From NCBI RefSeq assembly GCF_000143415.4, contig NW_003314298.1, forward strand, positions 1,209,250 to 1,273,249: a DNA stretch of 64,000 nt, given 5' to 3'. Shown here piece after piece: positions 39,548-50,976 of the stretch (position 1 is its first letter; each line of letters starts with the position of its first letter). The notes below the pieces were generated by a model. It was not told where the DNA came from. It made no database searches and saw nothing but the letters and a program-made list of their open reading frames with translations. Both the position numbers and the translations under genes were made by a program. The stretch is from Selaginella moellendorffii. Taxonomy: Eukaryota > Plantae > Lycopodiophyta.

Positions 39548-40426
39548 TTATGCGGCAGCCATGATGCCCCAAAAATACGTCCTTACATTTTCTGGAATCC
39601 GCTGCCTCTTCCATGTCACAGTTCTATGCTCCCAATCAATAGTACCTCTAAAGAGCCCGTGACAGTAACGCTTAGTAGCAAACACCACAGGAGCATAGCG
39701 CATCCCTTGCAACCTAAAAATCCACGATTTTTCTTGATCTAAAACTCCTGGAAGTTCCTCAAATTCTTCCCATTGTTTAGCTTCCTCATTGTAATAGCGA
39801 AGGTTTCCAGACTGTACAACAACCACCTTCCCTTGAACCATAGTCATCTTTGCACCATAGTGCTTAAACTCTTTAGGGAGGTCAGCATAAAGCTCTGCCC
39901 AGGAATTTTGACCCGCATTGTAATACCTCAATTCTCTACTTTCATATAACCCAATCACACGATCTGCCCCGTTCGAGATCACATTCGTAATTATCCCTAA
40001 TGTATCTAAACCAGCCACACGTCCAATTTTTACCCACTTGTCTTCACTTGCTGAGTATACCTGAGTCTTGTTTACTCCAAAGGCATGAATTGTATCTTCA
40101 TCAACTGTAGCATAATACTGCTGACCTGGCTTCATGAAAGCTGTTGAGATTGTTGTCCACTTGAGGCCATCATCTTTCAGGTTCATTTTGTAAAGGGCTG
40201 GCCGTCCTGGATTTGGAGGGCACTTTTGAGGATATTTCCGCATCCCCCGTACAGGAACCAACTTGACTACGAAGACATGGAGATTACCGCCTGCAGAAGC
40301 ATGAATTGCAGCCACACGCTCATCTGCTTCTAGTTGCACTTGCTCCAATTCTGTCCATGTTTCTGTTTCAATGTCAAGATGTAAGATGCGCACATCATTG
40401 TCATAAAACAGCAAAATCAAACCCAT
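39548..40426 (-). CDS. Intronless Kelch-like beta-propeller protein, copy 2 (292 aa)
   Basis: Intact ORF nearly identical to 30179-31057. Confidence 0.7.
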   Translation of the reverse strand: MGLILLFYDNDVRILHLDIETETWTELEQVQLEADERVAAIHASAGGNLHVFVVKLVPVRGMRKYPQKCPPNPGRPALYKMNLKDDGLKWTTISTAFMKPGQQYYATVDEDTIHAFGVNKTQVYSASEDKWVKIGRVAGLDTLGIITNVISNGADRVIGLYESRELRYYNAGQNSWAELYADLPKEFKHYGAKMTMVQGKVVVVQSGNLRYYNEEAKQWEEFEELPGVLDQEKSWIFRLQGMRYAPVVFATKRYCHGLFRGTIDWEHRTVTWKRQRIPENVRTYFWGIMAAA

Positions 40427-40606
40427 TCCTACGACTTACCCTAAGGATTGTTGCCCTTAAATATATGGAAGTCTAAAAGTGTAAACTACAAATCGAATAT
40501 GCTATATCCTTATCCCCAAAACTTAAGTAAAACCGACATGAAGCACAGGAAACACAGACAACAAGAAAAGAGATAGAATTGGAGCCAGTTGGAAAAACAG
40601 CCATCA

Positions 40607-40957
40607 GGGAGAATCCGTGACCAGGATTTCGGCTGGCGTGCGGAGACTACCGATCAATCTAAAACCCCAGAAAATAATGCGGCGATCGATCGAGCGTCCA
40701 CTCCAAGAAAGAAACCCTTTCCTCTATACCCACATTCTGCTGGATTGGAGTGATACGAGCTGAGTACCGGAAAATATGTTCCCTGACGCTCCATCCGCTC
40801 GCAGTGCGATGGCGATCCACATTGCATTTTCTTGTGCTGGAATCTAGCGCATACTTGTTGTAGCCGGTGATCGATGCTCCAGGCCATGGCATTCCGGTGG
40901 CGGCAGCCAAGAGCCAAGAGCCACAGCCGATCCGCTGGCTCGGCTTGTTCCACGTGC
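40607..40957 (-). repeat. ATG18/PDK 5'-region chimera, unit 2
   Basis: Same blocks as unit 1, plus GCGGAGACTA (matches ~24572) and GATCGATGCTCCAGG (matches ~26794). Confidence 0.88.
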
Positions 40958-40959
40958 CT

Positions 40960-42030
40960 TCATGTTCACAAAGCGAAGCGGCACCCTTCTTCAGATTCGG
41001 AAGACGCTTCCACTGGAAGAAGAAGTTCCTTAGGCTGCTCAGCTTGAGACATGCCAAGGAGTTCCTTGTCATGCTTCTGTAGCATCACGCCACCCGACAC
41101 TCCTGCCGGCCACTTGATGTCAACCTTGTTCATGAAAGACGGGTATCGCCCAACCCCCTCCACAGCAGCCCAGTCGAAGCCAATGAATTTGACCTCAACT
41201 TGCCTGCTGGGATAACTGACCCTCACCATCACGTTCACGTCTCTAATGTCTCCATGCACCCCAATGTCACCTGAGGGCGTGACTGGGATTCTGTGTGCTT
41301 TGTCTAGCATCTTGAGCACCTCGGCCCACAACTCTTGTGCCTGCTGGTGCCCATGAAGCAGATGCCAGTCCTCCCCTAGGTACTCTATCTTCACTTGCAA
41401 CCATCCTCCAGGAAGCTGGTCCATGTTGTATAGTTGAGGAGCCAGCCTAACCTCTTCAGCTGCCCAAGCCCTGTGCATAGCTTCCCTGTAAGAACCTTGA
41501 GATCTATTTATTATTTTGCCCAAAATTGATTGCATTACCAATGTTTTTACACTTTTCCAATGGCTAATCTATTTATTATTTTGCCCAAAATCCATTTCAT
41601 TTTCGTAAACTAATACAAATTCCATAACAAATAACAAGTTAGATCTATAAGCAATAATTAAAGGCCATTATTCACCCATGCTTGTAAACTTTGCAAGTTA
41701 TGTAGTTGAACTTTATGCTGGAATAGGTGGTACTTCTGGAGAAAAGATTTACCATAGACCAATCTATCCTTCTAAGCTTGTTTTGGTGGCATATTATAAT
41801 TTTGCATGTAATCTGGTTTTGAGATTGAGTCTTTGTAGTAGTCATACAAGCCAGCAAGCCAATACAGCAATAATTCCTCCCCTTTGATCATCACTTCCCA
41901 TGCTCCAATGTATATATAAATGTGGTTGCTAAAGATTTTGAGTTTCACCAATCGTGTTTTGGAGTGTTCATTTCCAGGAGCTGAATGCAATGGTACCACA
42001 GGATCTTTATTGATAAGGCATGGTCTCATG
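40960..42030 (-). pseudogene. Decayed fungal/Crinkler-type kinase gene, unit 2
   Basis: SYREAMHRAWAAEE..LAPQLY..LPGGWLQVKIEYL..VHGDIRDVNVMV..VKFIGFDWA..GRYPSFMNKVDIKWPAGVSGG..HDKELL. Upstream fragments DPVVPL..LAGLYDYYK. Confidence 0.72.
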
Positions 42031-42216
42031 CCTCCAGCTCAGCGCTAATGACCTTTATAAACATGTATACATTGGATAATACTTAGCAATGATCTCACAC
42101 GACAATTCGTTTTCGTTTCCAAACTCCTTTGGAAGAACATGAAAAAAGATTATAGTTCCAGTCAAAAGAGTTTTAAGATTCGAAGAATATATATATATAT
42201 ATTTGAAATTAAAAAT

Positions 42217-43095
42217 TTATGCGGCAGCCATGATGCCAATAAAATACGTCTTTACATTTTCTGAAATCCGCTGCCTTTTCCATGTCACAGTTTTGTGCTC
42301 CCAATCAATAGTACCTCTAAAGAGCCCATGACAGTGACGCTTCGTAGCAAACACCACAGGAGCATAGCGCATCCCTTGCAACCTAAAAATCCACGATTTT
42401 TCTTGATCTAAAACTCCTGGAAGTTCCTCAAATTCTTCCCATTGTTTAGCTTCCTCATTGTAATAGCGAAGGTTTCCAGACTGTACAACAACCACCTTCC
42501 CTTGAACCATAGTCATCTTTGCACCATAGTGCTTAAACTCTTAAGGGAGGTCAGCATAAAGCTCTGCCTAGGAATTCTGACCTGCATTGTAATACCTCAA
42601 TTCTCTACTTTCATATAACCCAATCACACGATCTGCCCCGTTCGAGATCACATTCGTAATTATCCCTAATGTATCTAAACCAGCCACACGTCCAATTTTT
42701 ACCCACTTGTCTTCACTTGCTGAGCATACCTGAGTCTTGTTTACTCCAAAGGCATGAATTGTATCTTCATCAACTGTAGCATAATACTGCTGACCTGGCT
42801 TCATGAAAGCTGTTGAGATTGTTGTCCACTTGAGGCCATCATCTTTCAGGTTCATTTTGTAAAGGGCTGGCCGTCCTGGATTTGGAGGGCACTTTTGAGG
42901 ATATTTCCGCATCCCCCATACAGGAACCAACTTCACTACGAAGACATGGAGATTACCGCCTGCAGAAGCATGAATTGCAGCCACACGCTCATCTGCTTCT
43001 AGTTGCACTTGCTCCAATTCTGTCCATGTTTCTGTTTCAATGTCAAGATGTAAGATGCGCACATCATTGTCATAAAACAGCAAAATCAAACCCAT
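42217..43095 (-). pseudogene. Kelch-like gene copy 3 with single in-frame nonsense codon
   Basis: TGG>TAG at 42568-42570 splits an otherwise colinear 292-codon frame. Confidence 0.85.
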
Positions 43096-43260
43096 TCCTA
43101 CGACTTACCCTAAGGATTGTTGCCCTTAAATATATGTGTAAACTATAAATCGAATATGCTAATATAAACTTAAGTAAAACCGACATGAAGCACAGGAAAC
43201 ACAGACAATAAGAAAAGAGATAGAATTGGAGCCAGTTGTAGATCCGGAAGACAGCCATCA

Positions 43261-43599
43261 GGGAGAATCCGTGACCAGGATTTCGGCTGGCGTGCGGAGG
43301 CTACCGGTCAATCTAAAACCCCAGGAAATAATGCAGCGATCGATCCAAGAAAGAAACCCTTTCCTCTATACCCACATTCTGCTGGATTGGAGTGATACGA
43401 GCTGAGTACCGGAAAATATGTTCCCTGACGCTCCATCCGCTCGCAGTGCGATGGCGATCCACATTGCATTTTCTTGTGCTGGAATCTAGCGCATACTTGT
43501 TGTAGCCGGTGATCGATGCTCCAGGCCATGGCATTCCGGTGGCGGCAGCCAAGAGCCAAGAGCCACAGCCGATCCGCTGGCTCGGCTTGTTCCACGTGC
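43261..43599 (-). repeat. ATG18/PDK 5'-region chimera, unit 3
   Basis: Near-identical to 40607-40957. Confidence 0.88.
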
Positions 43600-44710
43600 C
43601 TTCATGTTCACAAAGCGAAGCGGCACCCTTCTTCAGATTCGGAAGACGCTTCCACTGGAAGAAGAAGTTCCTTAGGCTGCTCAGCTCGAGACATGCCAAG
43701 GAGTTCCTTGTCATGCTTCTGTAGCATCACCTGGCCACCCGACACTCCTGCCGGCCACTTGATGTCAACCTTGTTCATGAAATACGGGCATCGCCCAACC
43801 CCCTCCACAGCAGCCCAGTCGAAGTCAATGAATTTGACCTCCACTTGCCTGCTGGGATAACTGACCCTCACCATCATGTTCACGTCTCTAATGTCTTCAT
43901 GCACCCCAATGTCACCTGAGGGCGTGATTGGGATTCCGTGTGCTTTGTCTAGCATCTTGAGCTCCTCGGCCCACAACTCTTGTGCCTGCTGGTGCCCATG
44001 AAGCAGATGCTAGTCCTCCCCTAGGTACTCTATCTTCACTTGCAAGATAGATAGACCAGCATCCTCCAGGAAGCTGGTCAATGTTGTACAGCTGAGGAGC
44101 CAGCCTAACCTCTTCAACTGCCCAAGCCCTATGCATAGCTTCCCTGTAAGAACCTTGAGTGTGCTTGATGACCATGTCCTGGATGAGAAAAACCAATGTT
44201 TTTACACTTTTCCAATGGCTGATCTGTTTATTATTTTGCTCAAAATCCATTTTATTTTTGTAAATTAATACAAACTCCATAACAAATAACAAGTTAAATC
44301 TATAAGCAATAATTAAAGGCCATTATTCATCCATGCTTGTAGAGTTTGCAAGTTATGTAGTTGAACTTTATGCTGGAATAGGTGGTACTTCTGGAGAAAA
44401 GATTTACCATAGACCAATCTATCCTTCTAAGCTTATTTTGGTGGCATATTATAATTTTGCATGTAATCTGGTTTTGAGATTGAGTCTTTGTAGTAGTCGT
44501 ACAAGCCAGCTAGCCAATATAACAATAGTTCTTCCCCTTTGATCATCACTTCCCATGCTCCAATGTATATAAAACAACTTCACAGAGTGTGGTTGCTAAA
44601 GATTTTGAGCTTCACCAATCGTGTTTTGGAGTGTTCATTTCCAGGAGCTGAATGCAATGGTACCACAGGTGGCATTTACCAGATCTTTATTGATAAGGCA
44701 TGGTCTCATA
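43600..44710 (-). pseudogene. Decayed fungal/Crinkler-type kinase gene, unit 3
   Basis: KTLVFLIQDMVIKHTQGSYREAMHRAWA..LAPQLY..(frameshift)..VHEDIRDVNMMV..VKFIDFDWA..KWPAGVSGGQVMLQKHD. Confidence 0.72.
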
Positions 44711-44711
44711 A

Positions 44712-44875
44712 GATGCAGATATCATCGTCATGAAACAGCAAAATCAAACCCATTCCTAGGACTTACCCTAAGGATTGTTGCCCTAAAGTCTTTTAATGGG
44801 CTTAAGAATATTCTAAGGATGAAGATAAAGGCTGTAATTTTTAAAACTATAAATCGAATATGCCAATATCCTTAT
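44712..44875 (-). pseudogene. 5' stub of a fourth Kelch-like copy
   Basis: Reads MGLILLFHDDDICIL* with the same upstream sequence (cattcctaggacttaccctaaggattgttgccct); joined directly to the kinase relic. Confidence 0.75.
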
Positions 44876-45076
44876 CCGCATCCACCAAATATCGGACGGT
44901 CACGTGACGGTGACGTATTTTCAGACCTTCAACAGCCCGTCAACCCGTCAACCAGGTTGGGTTTGTGTGATATTAAACACAGATTAGTGCTAATTGCCAT
45001 ACATTTTGGAGCAACAGAGGAGCTAGGTTGAGAGACGAGAGCTTTCGCTGTTAGAGAGGAGCCTTGGGAGCGCGCG

Positions 45077-48000
45077 ATGGGAGCGGTCGATGGAATCCAG
45101 GGTATTCGTCGCGGCTACAAGGTTTCGCTGCCGCCAGCGCTCGAGGTATGCCTTTTCCTGGCGAAATCGGGCGTTTCCGGGATTGCATTCGCCGGATTCT
45201 TGATCTTTCGTGTTCTTGGGAGCATCTAGTGATGCGCATTGCTGCCGCATGTAGATTTCGTCGGGAACTGCGTGAATCTGGGAAGATTTTTCTCCTGTCC
45301 TTGTCTTGGTGCTTTTGCCTGCGAGAAATTTCTTTTTCTTCTTTTAATTCGCGGCCTTTCCGGAAAAAACTTGGATGATTGATCTGCAGGCTCCCAACGT
45401 CCAGCTTGTCTGTGGAGATGCCACCACTGCCATGGATGCGTCAGACGCGCTGGCTATCCAGAGATCGTTCTCGCTCACTTATGGGCAACCTCTAGTGCAT
45501 TTGCTTCCAGGCAAGAAATCCACTGGCGAGAAGAAGCTATCGCCACTAAGGTCTGTGGTTTTTTTTTTTTTTCTTGTTTTGTTTCAAGGATGAGCTGTGT
45601 GATGCTTTTGCTGGCAGGGTGGGAGTCGTCTTTTGCGGACGGCAATCCCCAGGAGGACATAACATTGTTGCTGGCCTCTTTGATGCATTGAAGGCTCACA
45701 ACCCAGACAACGTCCTGATTGGAATCGTTGGTATGGATGTCCAGAGTTTTTTTTTATCATGTCCTTGTCCTCAAGCTTGAATTTAGGTGGCACTGATGGA
45801 CTCTTCGCCCAAAAGTCTGTGGAGATCACTGCGGATGTGCTTGCTGTTTATCGTAACCAAGGTAGAAACATTTTCGATACAAGCAAGGGAGTTTGAAAGG
45901 TTTTCTTCTTTTTGTTCAGGTGGCTACGACCTTCTTGGGCGGACCAAGGATCAGATCAAGTCTGTGCAGCAGGTGGATGATGCAAGGGCAGCTTGCGAAG
46001 CTATGAAGCTGGACGGCATCGTTTTGATTGGAGGTAAGTTTTGCAACGTCGAACGGATGATTGTGGGAGCTAATAACACGAGATTGTTGGCTGCAGGTTG
46101 TGGAACGAGCACGGATGCTGCTCATCTCGCTGAAAACTTTGCTGCAACGGAGTGTCGCACAAAGGTGGCAACGTAAAACATAATAATGTAGTGCGGCTAG
46201 ATCCTTGCTTCGCAGGTTATCGCGGTGCCTGCCACTATCGATGGAGACTTGAAAAATCCGTTTGTTGAGACGGATGTGGGTTTTGACACTGTTTGCAAGG
46301 TGCAGCAGATCTTGCGGAGACTTCTTGCTTGCATTTCTAATATGTTTTGGTGCAGGTCAACTCTCAGCTCATCAGCAACATAAGCACTGATGCGCTATCG
46401 GCAGAGAAGGTTGTTTTCCTTGCAACTGCAATCACGGTTTACTTACTCGCGATGTTTTCAGTATTACTACTTCATCAGGCTAATGGGACGGCGAGCATCT
46501 CACGTATCACTGGAATGTGCGTTGCAGTCGCATCCGAATATGGTATGTCTGTGTTTTGGACGAAATATTGGATCTGATTCAGCTCTTTTGCAGGTGATTC
46601 TAGGAGAGGAAGTTGCCACGTCTAAAATGACTCTTTTCGACGTTACAAAGCAAATTTGTGATGCTATTCAAGCCCGAGCAGAGCATGGTCAGTTTTCGCT
46701 GAAAGGTTTTATTGCTATTTGGTCAATTTACGAGGTGTTTTTTTTCCAGAAAAGTACCATGGAGTCATCCTTCTGCCAGAGGGTCTCATTGAGAGTATCC
46801 CTGAAGTATATGCGCTCTTGCAGGTAGATGGTGTACAGCATTGGAGCAATGATTTGAGTTGCGATGTTTTTTTATGATTAGGAAATCCATGGCCTTCAAA
46901 AGCAGAATATTGAGGTCGAGCACATTCCAACTCGTCTCTCTCCCTGGGCGTCCGCACTTTTCGAGTTTCTGCCACCATTCATCAAAAAGCAGGTCAAACA
47001 ACAGTTTTCTCTCCTTTTTTCCTTTTCTCTCTTGTCTGATATGAACCTCTTTTTTTTTTGCAGTTTCTTTTGGACAGGGAATCCGACGATTCTGTCCAGC
47101 TCTCGCAGGTGTGCACCACTTTGTGTTTTGCAATATCTAAAAGCTAACAAAATATAGCTATTCTATTTTGCAGATAGAAACGGAAAAACTGTTGTGTCAG
47201 CTTGTTGAGACAGAGATGACAAGGAGAACGGTATTGTAGTGCTAAGTTTGACACGCACACTCACTCAATACATTCTTCATGATCACAGAAAGCTGGCAGT
47301 TACAAAGGAAAGAAGTTCAACGGTATCTGCCATTTTTTCGGATACCAAGCTCGAGGATCGTTGCCTTCCAATTTTGATTGCACCTACGCAAACGTAAGCT
47401 CTTTGTGTGCTTTCTGTATGAAGAGCTTCACACTCTGTTTCTGCAGGCTCTTGGACACATAGCATTTCACTTGGCAAGCGCCGGACTGAATGGCTATATG
47501 GCGACGGTGACGAACTTGAAGGAATCTGTCGACCAATGGAGGTGTGGCGGAGCACCAATCACTGTAAGTCTAGACTGAACGATAATTCTCGCGTAACAAG
47601 CACGGTTTTTCCTACGCAGGCGATGATGTCTGTCAAGCGGTGGCAAAGGGGCCCGGGAGTCTCACAGATAGGAAAGCCGGCTGTGCACTCAGCTAGAGTG
47701 GACCTTAAGGGAAAGCCATACGAGTAAGTGTTTTTAGAAGATCTTCATTTGCAAGATTGTTTCTCAAAATCTCCTCGCAGGTTACTGTCGCAAAACGCGT
47801 CAGCGCTCCTCATGGATGATCTATACCGGAATCCGGGACCGCTCCAGTTTGACGGACCTGGAGCCGATCTAAAGACCATCACTCTGTCCGTGGAGGATCG
47901 AGACTACATTGGCAGGATCCAGGAGCTCCGGAGCTACCTTGACAAGGTACGTCCATTCTTTAAAGTTTCTAGTCTATAAGATACCATGCTTCGGATCATC

Positions 48001-48136
48001 CAAACAGGTGAAAGATATCATCAAGCCTGGTTGCCCGGAGGAGATCCTCAAGGCCGCATTGAGCTCCATGGCATCAGTGACGGAAGTTCTATCCGTGATG
48101 TCCTCGCCGGGCTATCGCAACCTGACACCATTTTAA
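45077..48136 (+). CDS. PFP-ALPHA: Pyrophosphate--fructose-6-phosphate 1-phosphotransferase alpha subunit, many short introns
   Basis: [16 protein letters not shown] (alpha signature), [89 protein letters not shown]. Confidence 0.95.
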
Positions 48137-48950
48137 AGAAGAATTCGTTCTTGGAGGACTGCTTAAGCTTAAGTGAGATGATAATCCACCATATAAAACA
48201 TCACATTCTTAAGGGCTGGAGGGGATCGAACTTGGGACCCTCCACGCCCAGTGACAGTCAGTGAAAAATAATATATTTTTTTTCCACCCATGGTTAAAGT
48301 TTCTCTATTCGGCTGGTGTAAATGCTTGTTCGCGATGGAGGGAGAGTCTTTGGCCCATTAACTTCGCCTGTAGAGCTTTTAAAGGCACAGCTTCCGTATG
48401 GTTCTGCCGTACGCGGTCTGGGCCATGGCTCATTCCGTGCAGCTCTCCTCAGTTTGGCTATGGCGGGTATATCGTGTTTTGCCCACATTTTGGTCCGGAG
48501 CGCGTCCTCTGGCGAGAAAGAGAGGAGCGATAGGGAGGAAGAAAGAGGGACTAGGGATTGAGAGAGAACTCCTCGCCTCACAGCGGCTATGGCGGTCGAC
48601 GACGCGTCTCCGCGAATCGCAAGCGCTGCGGCAACAATGCGGCAGCGGCGGCCGTGAGGTAGGCGGGCACACACACGAAATCCAGCAAGAAGATGCGAGA
48701 TTTCGCGCAGCAAGCTCGTGATTACGCTCGCCAGGATGGAGGTCCGACGATAATCCTTGGAAACGGCCGGGATCTTGAGCGCTGGTGTGGAGTAGCAGTG
48801 ATTTGGATGCTCGAGAGCTGTTCTTGGACGGCATGAGCTGCCGCATTGCCGCGTCCACTGGTGTCGGGACGTGAGGAGGCCGGCCGCGCGAGAGGTGAAT
48901 GCAGATCCCTAGCGAGCTCCAATCGCGCGTCTTTGCCGAGATTTGGATCC

Positions 48951-50372
48951 ATGAAGGTCGTCCCAGCCTCCGCCATGCACCGCGGCATCCATTCTATGCA
49001 GGTAGAGTGTTTTGTTCTTGGTACCTCTTGGGTTTAGAGTTTCTTTGGTAGTTCTTGAGTTATTCGTGACGAATTCTTTGGTAGTTCTCGTGACGAATTC
49101 TTTCTTTTGTCACAGGCTGAGAGCGCGCTGTGCTACTGCGGCGTGGACGCTGGCCTCACCGTCACCAACGCCCGGCGATTCGTGCCGGGGACGCGGCACT
49201 GCATCCAGCCCGACGTCAAGCCGACAATTGTGATCCCAAAGGCGAGGACGAGGCACTCGAGGGGCGACCGGACCAAGATCCCGTGCCAGCTTATCCCGGG
49301 CCTCCCAGACGACCTCGCCATCGCATGCCTGGTAAGAGTTCCTCGCATCCATCACAGGACTCTCCGGGTGGTTTGCAAGAGGTGGTACAGGCTCCTCGCC
49401 GGCAACTTCTTCTACTCGCAGCGCAAGGCCCTGGGGATGGCCGAGGAGTGGATCTACGTGATCAAACGCGACAGGGACGGGCACATCTCCTGGCACGCAT
49501 TCGATCCTCGCTACCAGCAGTGGCAGCCACTCCCGCCGGTCCCTCTCGAGTACTGCGAGGCGCTGGGCTTCGGCTGCGCGGTGCTCAGCGGCTGCCACCT
49601 TTACCTCTTCGGAGGCAAAGACCCGGCAAAAGGCTCCATGAGGAGAGTCGTCTACTACAGCGCCCGGACCAACAAGTGGCACCGAGCCCCGGACATGAAC
49701 CGCCGCCGCCACTTCTTCGGCTGCTGCGTGATCAACAACTGCCTCTACGTCGCGGGTGGCGAGTGCGAGGGCGTGCAGCGATCGCTGCGCTCGGCCGAGG
49801 TCTACGACCCGAACAAGAACAGGTGGTCATACATTGCGGACATGAGCACGGCGATGGTTCCGTTCATCGGGGTGGTGTACCACGGCCGGTGGTTTCTCAA
49901 GGGGCTGGGCTCGCACAGGCAGGTGATGAGCGAGGTCTACGTCCCGGCCACGGACAACTGGTCGCCGGTGCTCGACGGGATGGTGTCCGGGTGGAGGAAC
50001 CCGAGCGCCATCTTCAACGGGCAGCTCTACGCGCTCGACTGCCCCGATGGTTGCAAGCTCCGGGTTTACGACGGCGCCGCTGATTCCTGGCACCGCTCCG
50101 TGGACAGCCGGACTCACCTGGGGAACTCGCGGGCGCTGGAGGCGGCGGCGCTGCTGCCGCTGGGGGGGCGGCTGTGCATCATCCGCAACAACATGAGCAT
50201 CACCATGGTGGACGTGGCCAACTCCGAGGACGCGGCGCGGCGCGGCGCGCTCTGGGACACCATCGCCGGCAAGGGGCTGTTCAAGACGTTCGTCACCAAC
50301 TTGTGGTCCAACATCGCGGGGAGGAACCGTCTCAAGAGCCACATTGTCCATTGCCAGGTTCTTCAAGCGTGA
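48951..50372 (+). CDS. SAGL1: F-box/Kelch-repeat protein, At1g55270 (SAGL1)-like; intron 49002-49115
   Basis: CYCGVDAGL..RFVPG..CIQPD N-terminus, F-box LIPGLPDDLAIACL, Kelch repeats, and C-terminal KSHIVHCQVLQA* typical of this clade. Confidence 0.9.
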
Positions 50373-50382
50373 CTAAACCCTT

Positions 50383-50490
50383 ATATGCTCGAGCATATTC
50401 CTTTGCGAGATATGCTCGAGCATATGCTTAAGCATATTTGTTTTTTGCCTGGATATTCTAAGTATATGCGTGAGTATATTCCTAGCGATG
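50383..50490. repeat. Short array of palindromic ATATGCTCGAGCATAT units in the SAGL1-like 3' region
   Basis: Perfect 16-bp palindrome occurs twice, followed by ATATGCTTAAGCATAT and degenerate copies. Confidence 0.7.
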
Positions 50491-50976
50491 GAGCATATTC
50501 TTTTAGGGCATTGTGATGCTCGGATATTCCTGTGGTTTGAACTTTTGCTACTTAATGGCGCTGCACATGAAATGAACGAACGACTGCTGATAATTGCGCC
50601 ACTGACCTTGCGATTCTTTTCTTCCAACAGTCTAGTCCTTTCTCTTTCTTTCTTCTTCGTGTCCACCACCTCCACTTTCAACTCGTGACCTTGGCAGCTC
50701 GCCGAGTTACAAGTCTTCTCGCCTTTGCAAGCGTAATGCCATGCCGTCCTCTTCCTCGGCACTCTTGGATCGTTCGTTGTTCATAAACTTGCGGCCTGCC
50801 ATCCACAACCAAACGAACGAAATCACATCACTGTGGCTTGAAACACTGATAAATGAATGAGAGCGAGCGAACGAACTCCACGACACCGACCTCATAACAC
50901 CGAACAGTTAGAAGTTGGTGAAGCCGAGCTTGCTGCCGAACTACGTGTTGATGAGCGTTGCTTGTAAGTTGTAGTT

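Noticed and set aside
41678-41887. Plus-strand VVELYAGIGG (also at 44333-44542) resembling C5 DNA methyltransferase motif I
   Set aside because: No PC, ENV or QxRxR motifs follow. The segment is better explained as the antisense of the minus-strand kinase-relic linker.
48205-48260. tRNA/SINE-like T-arm (GTTCGATCCC on the minus strand)
   Set aside because: No A-box, D-arm or acceptor stem could be built.
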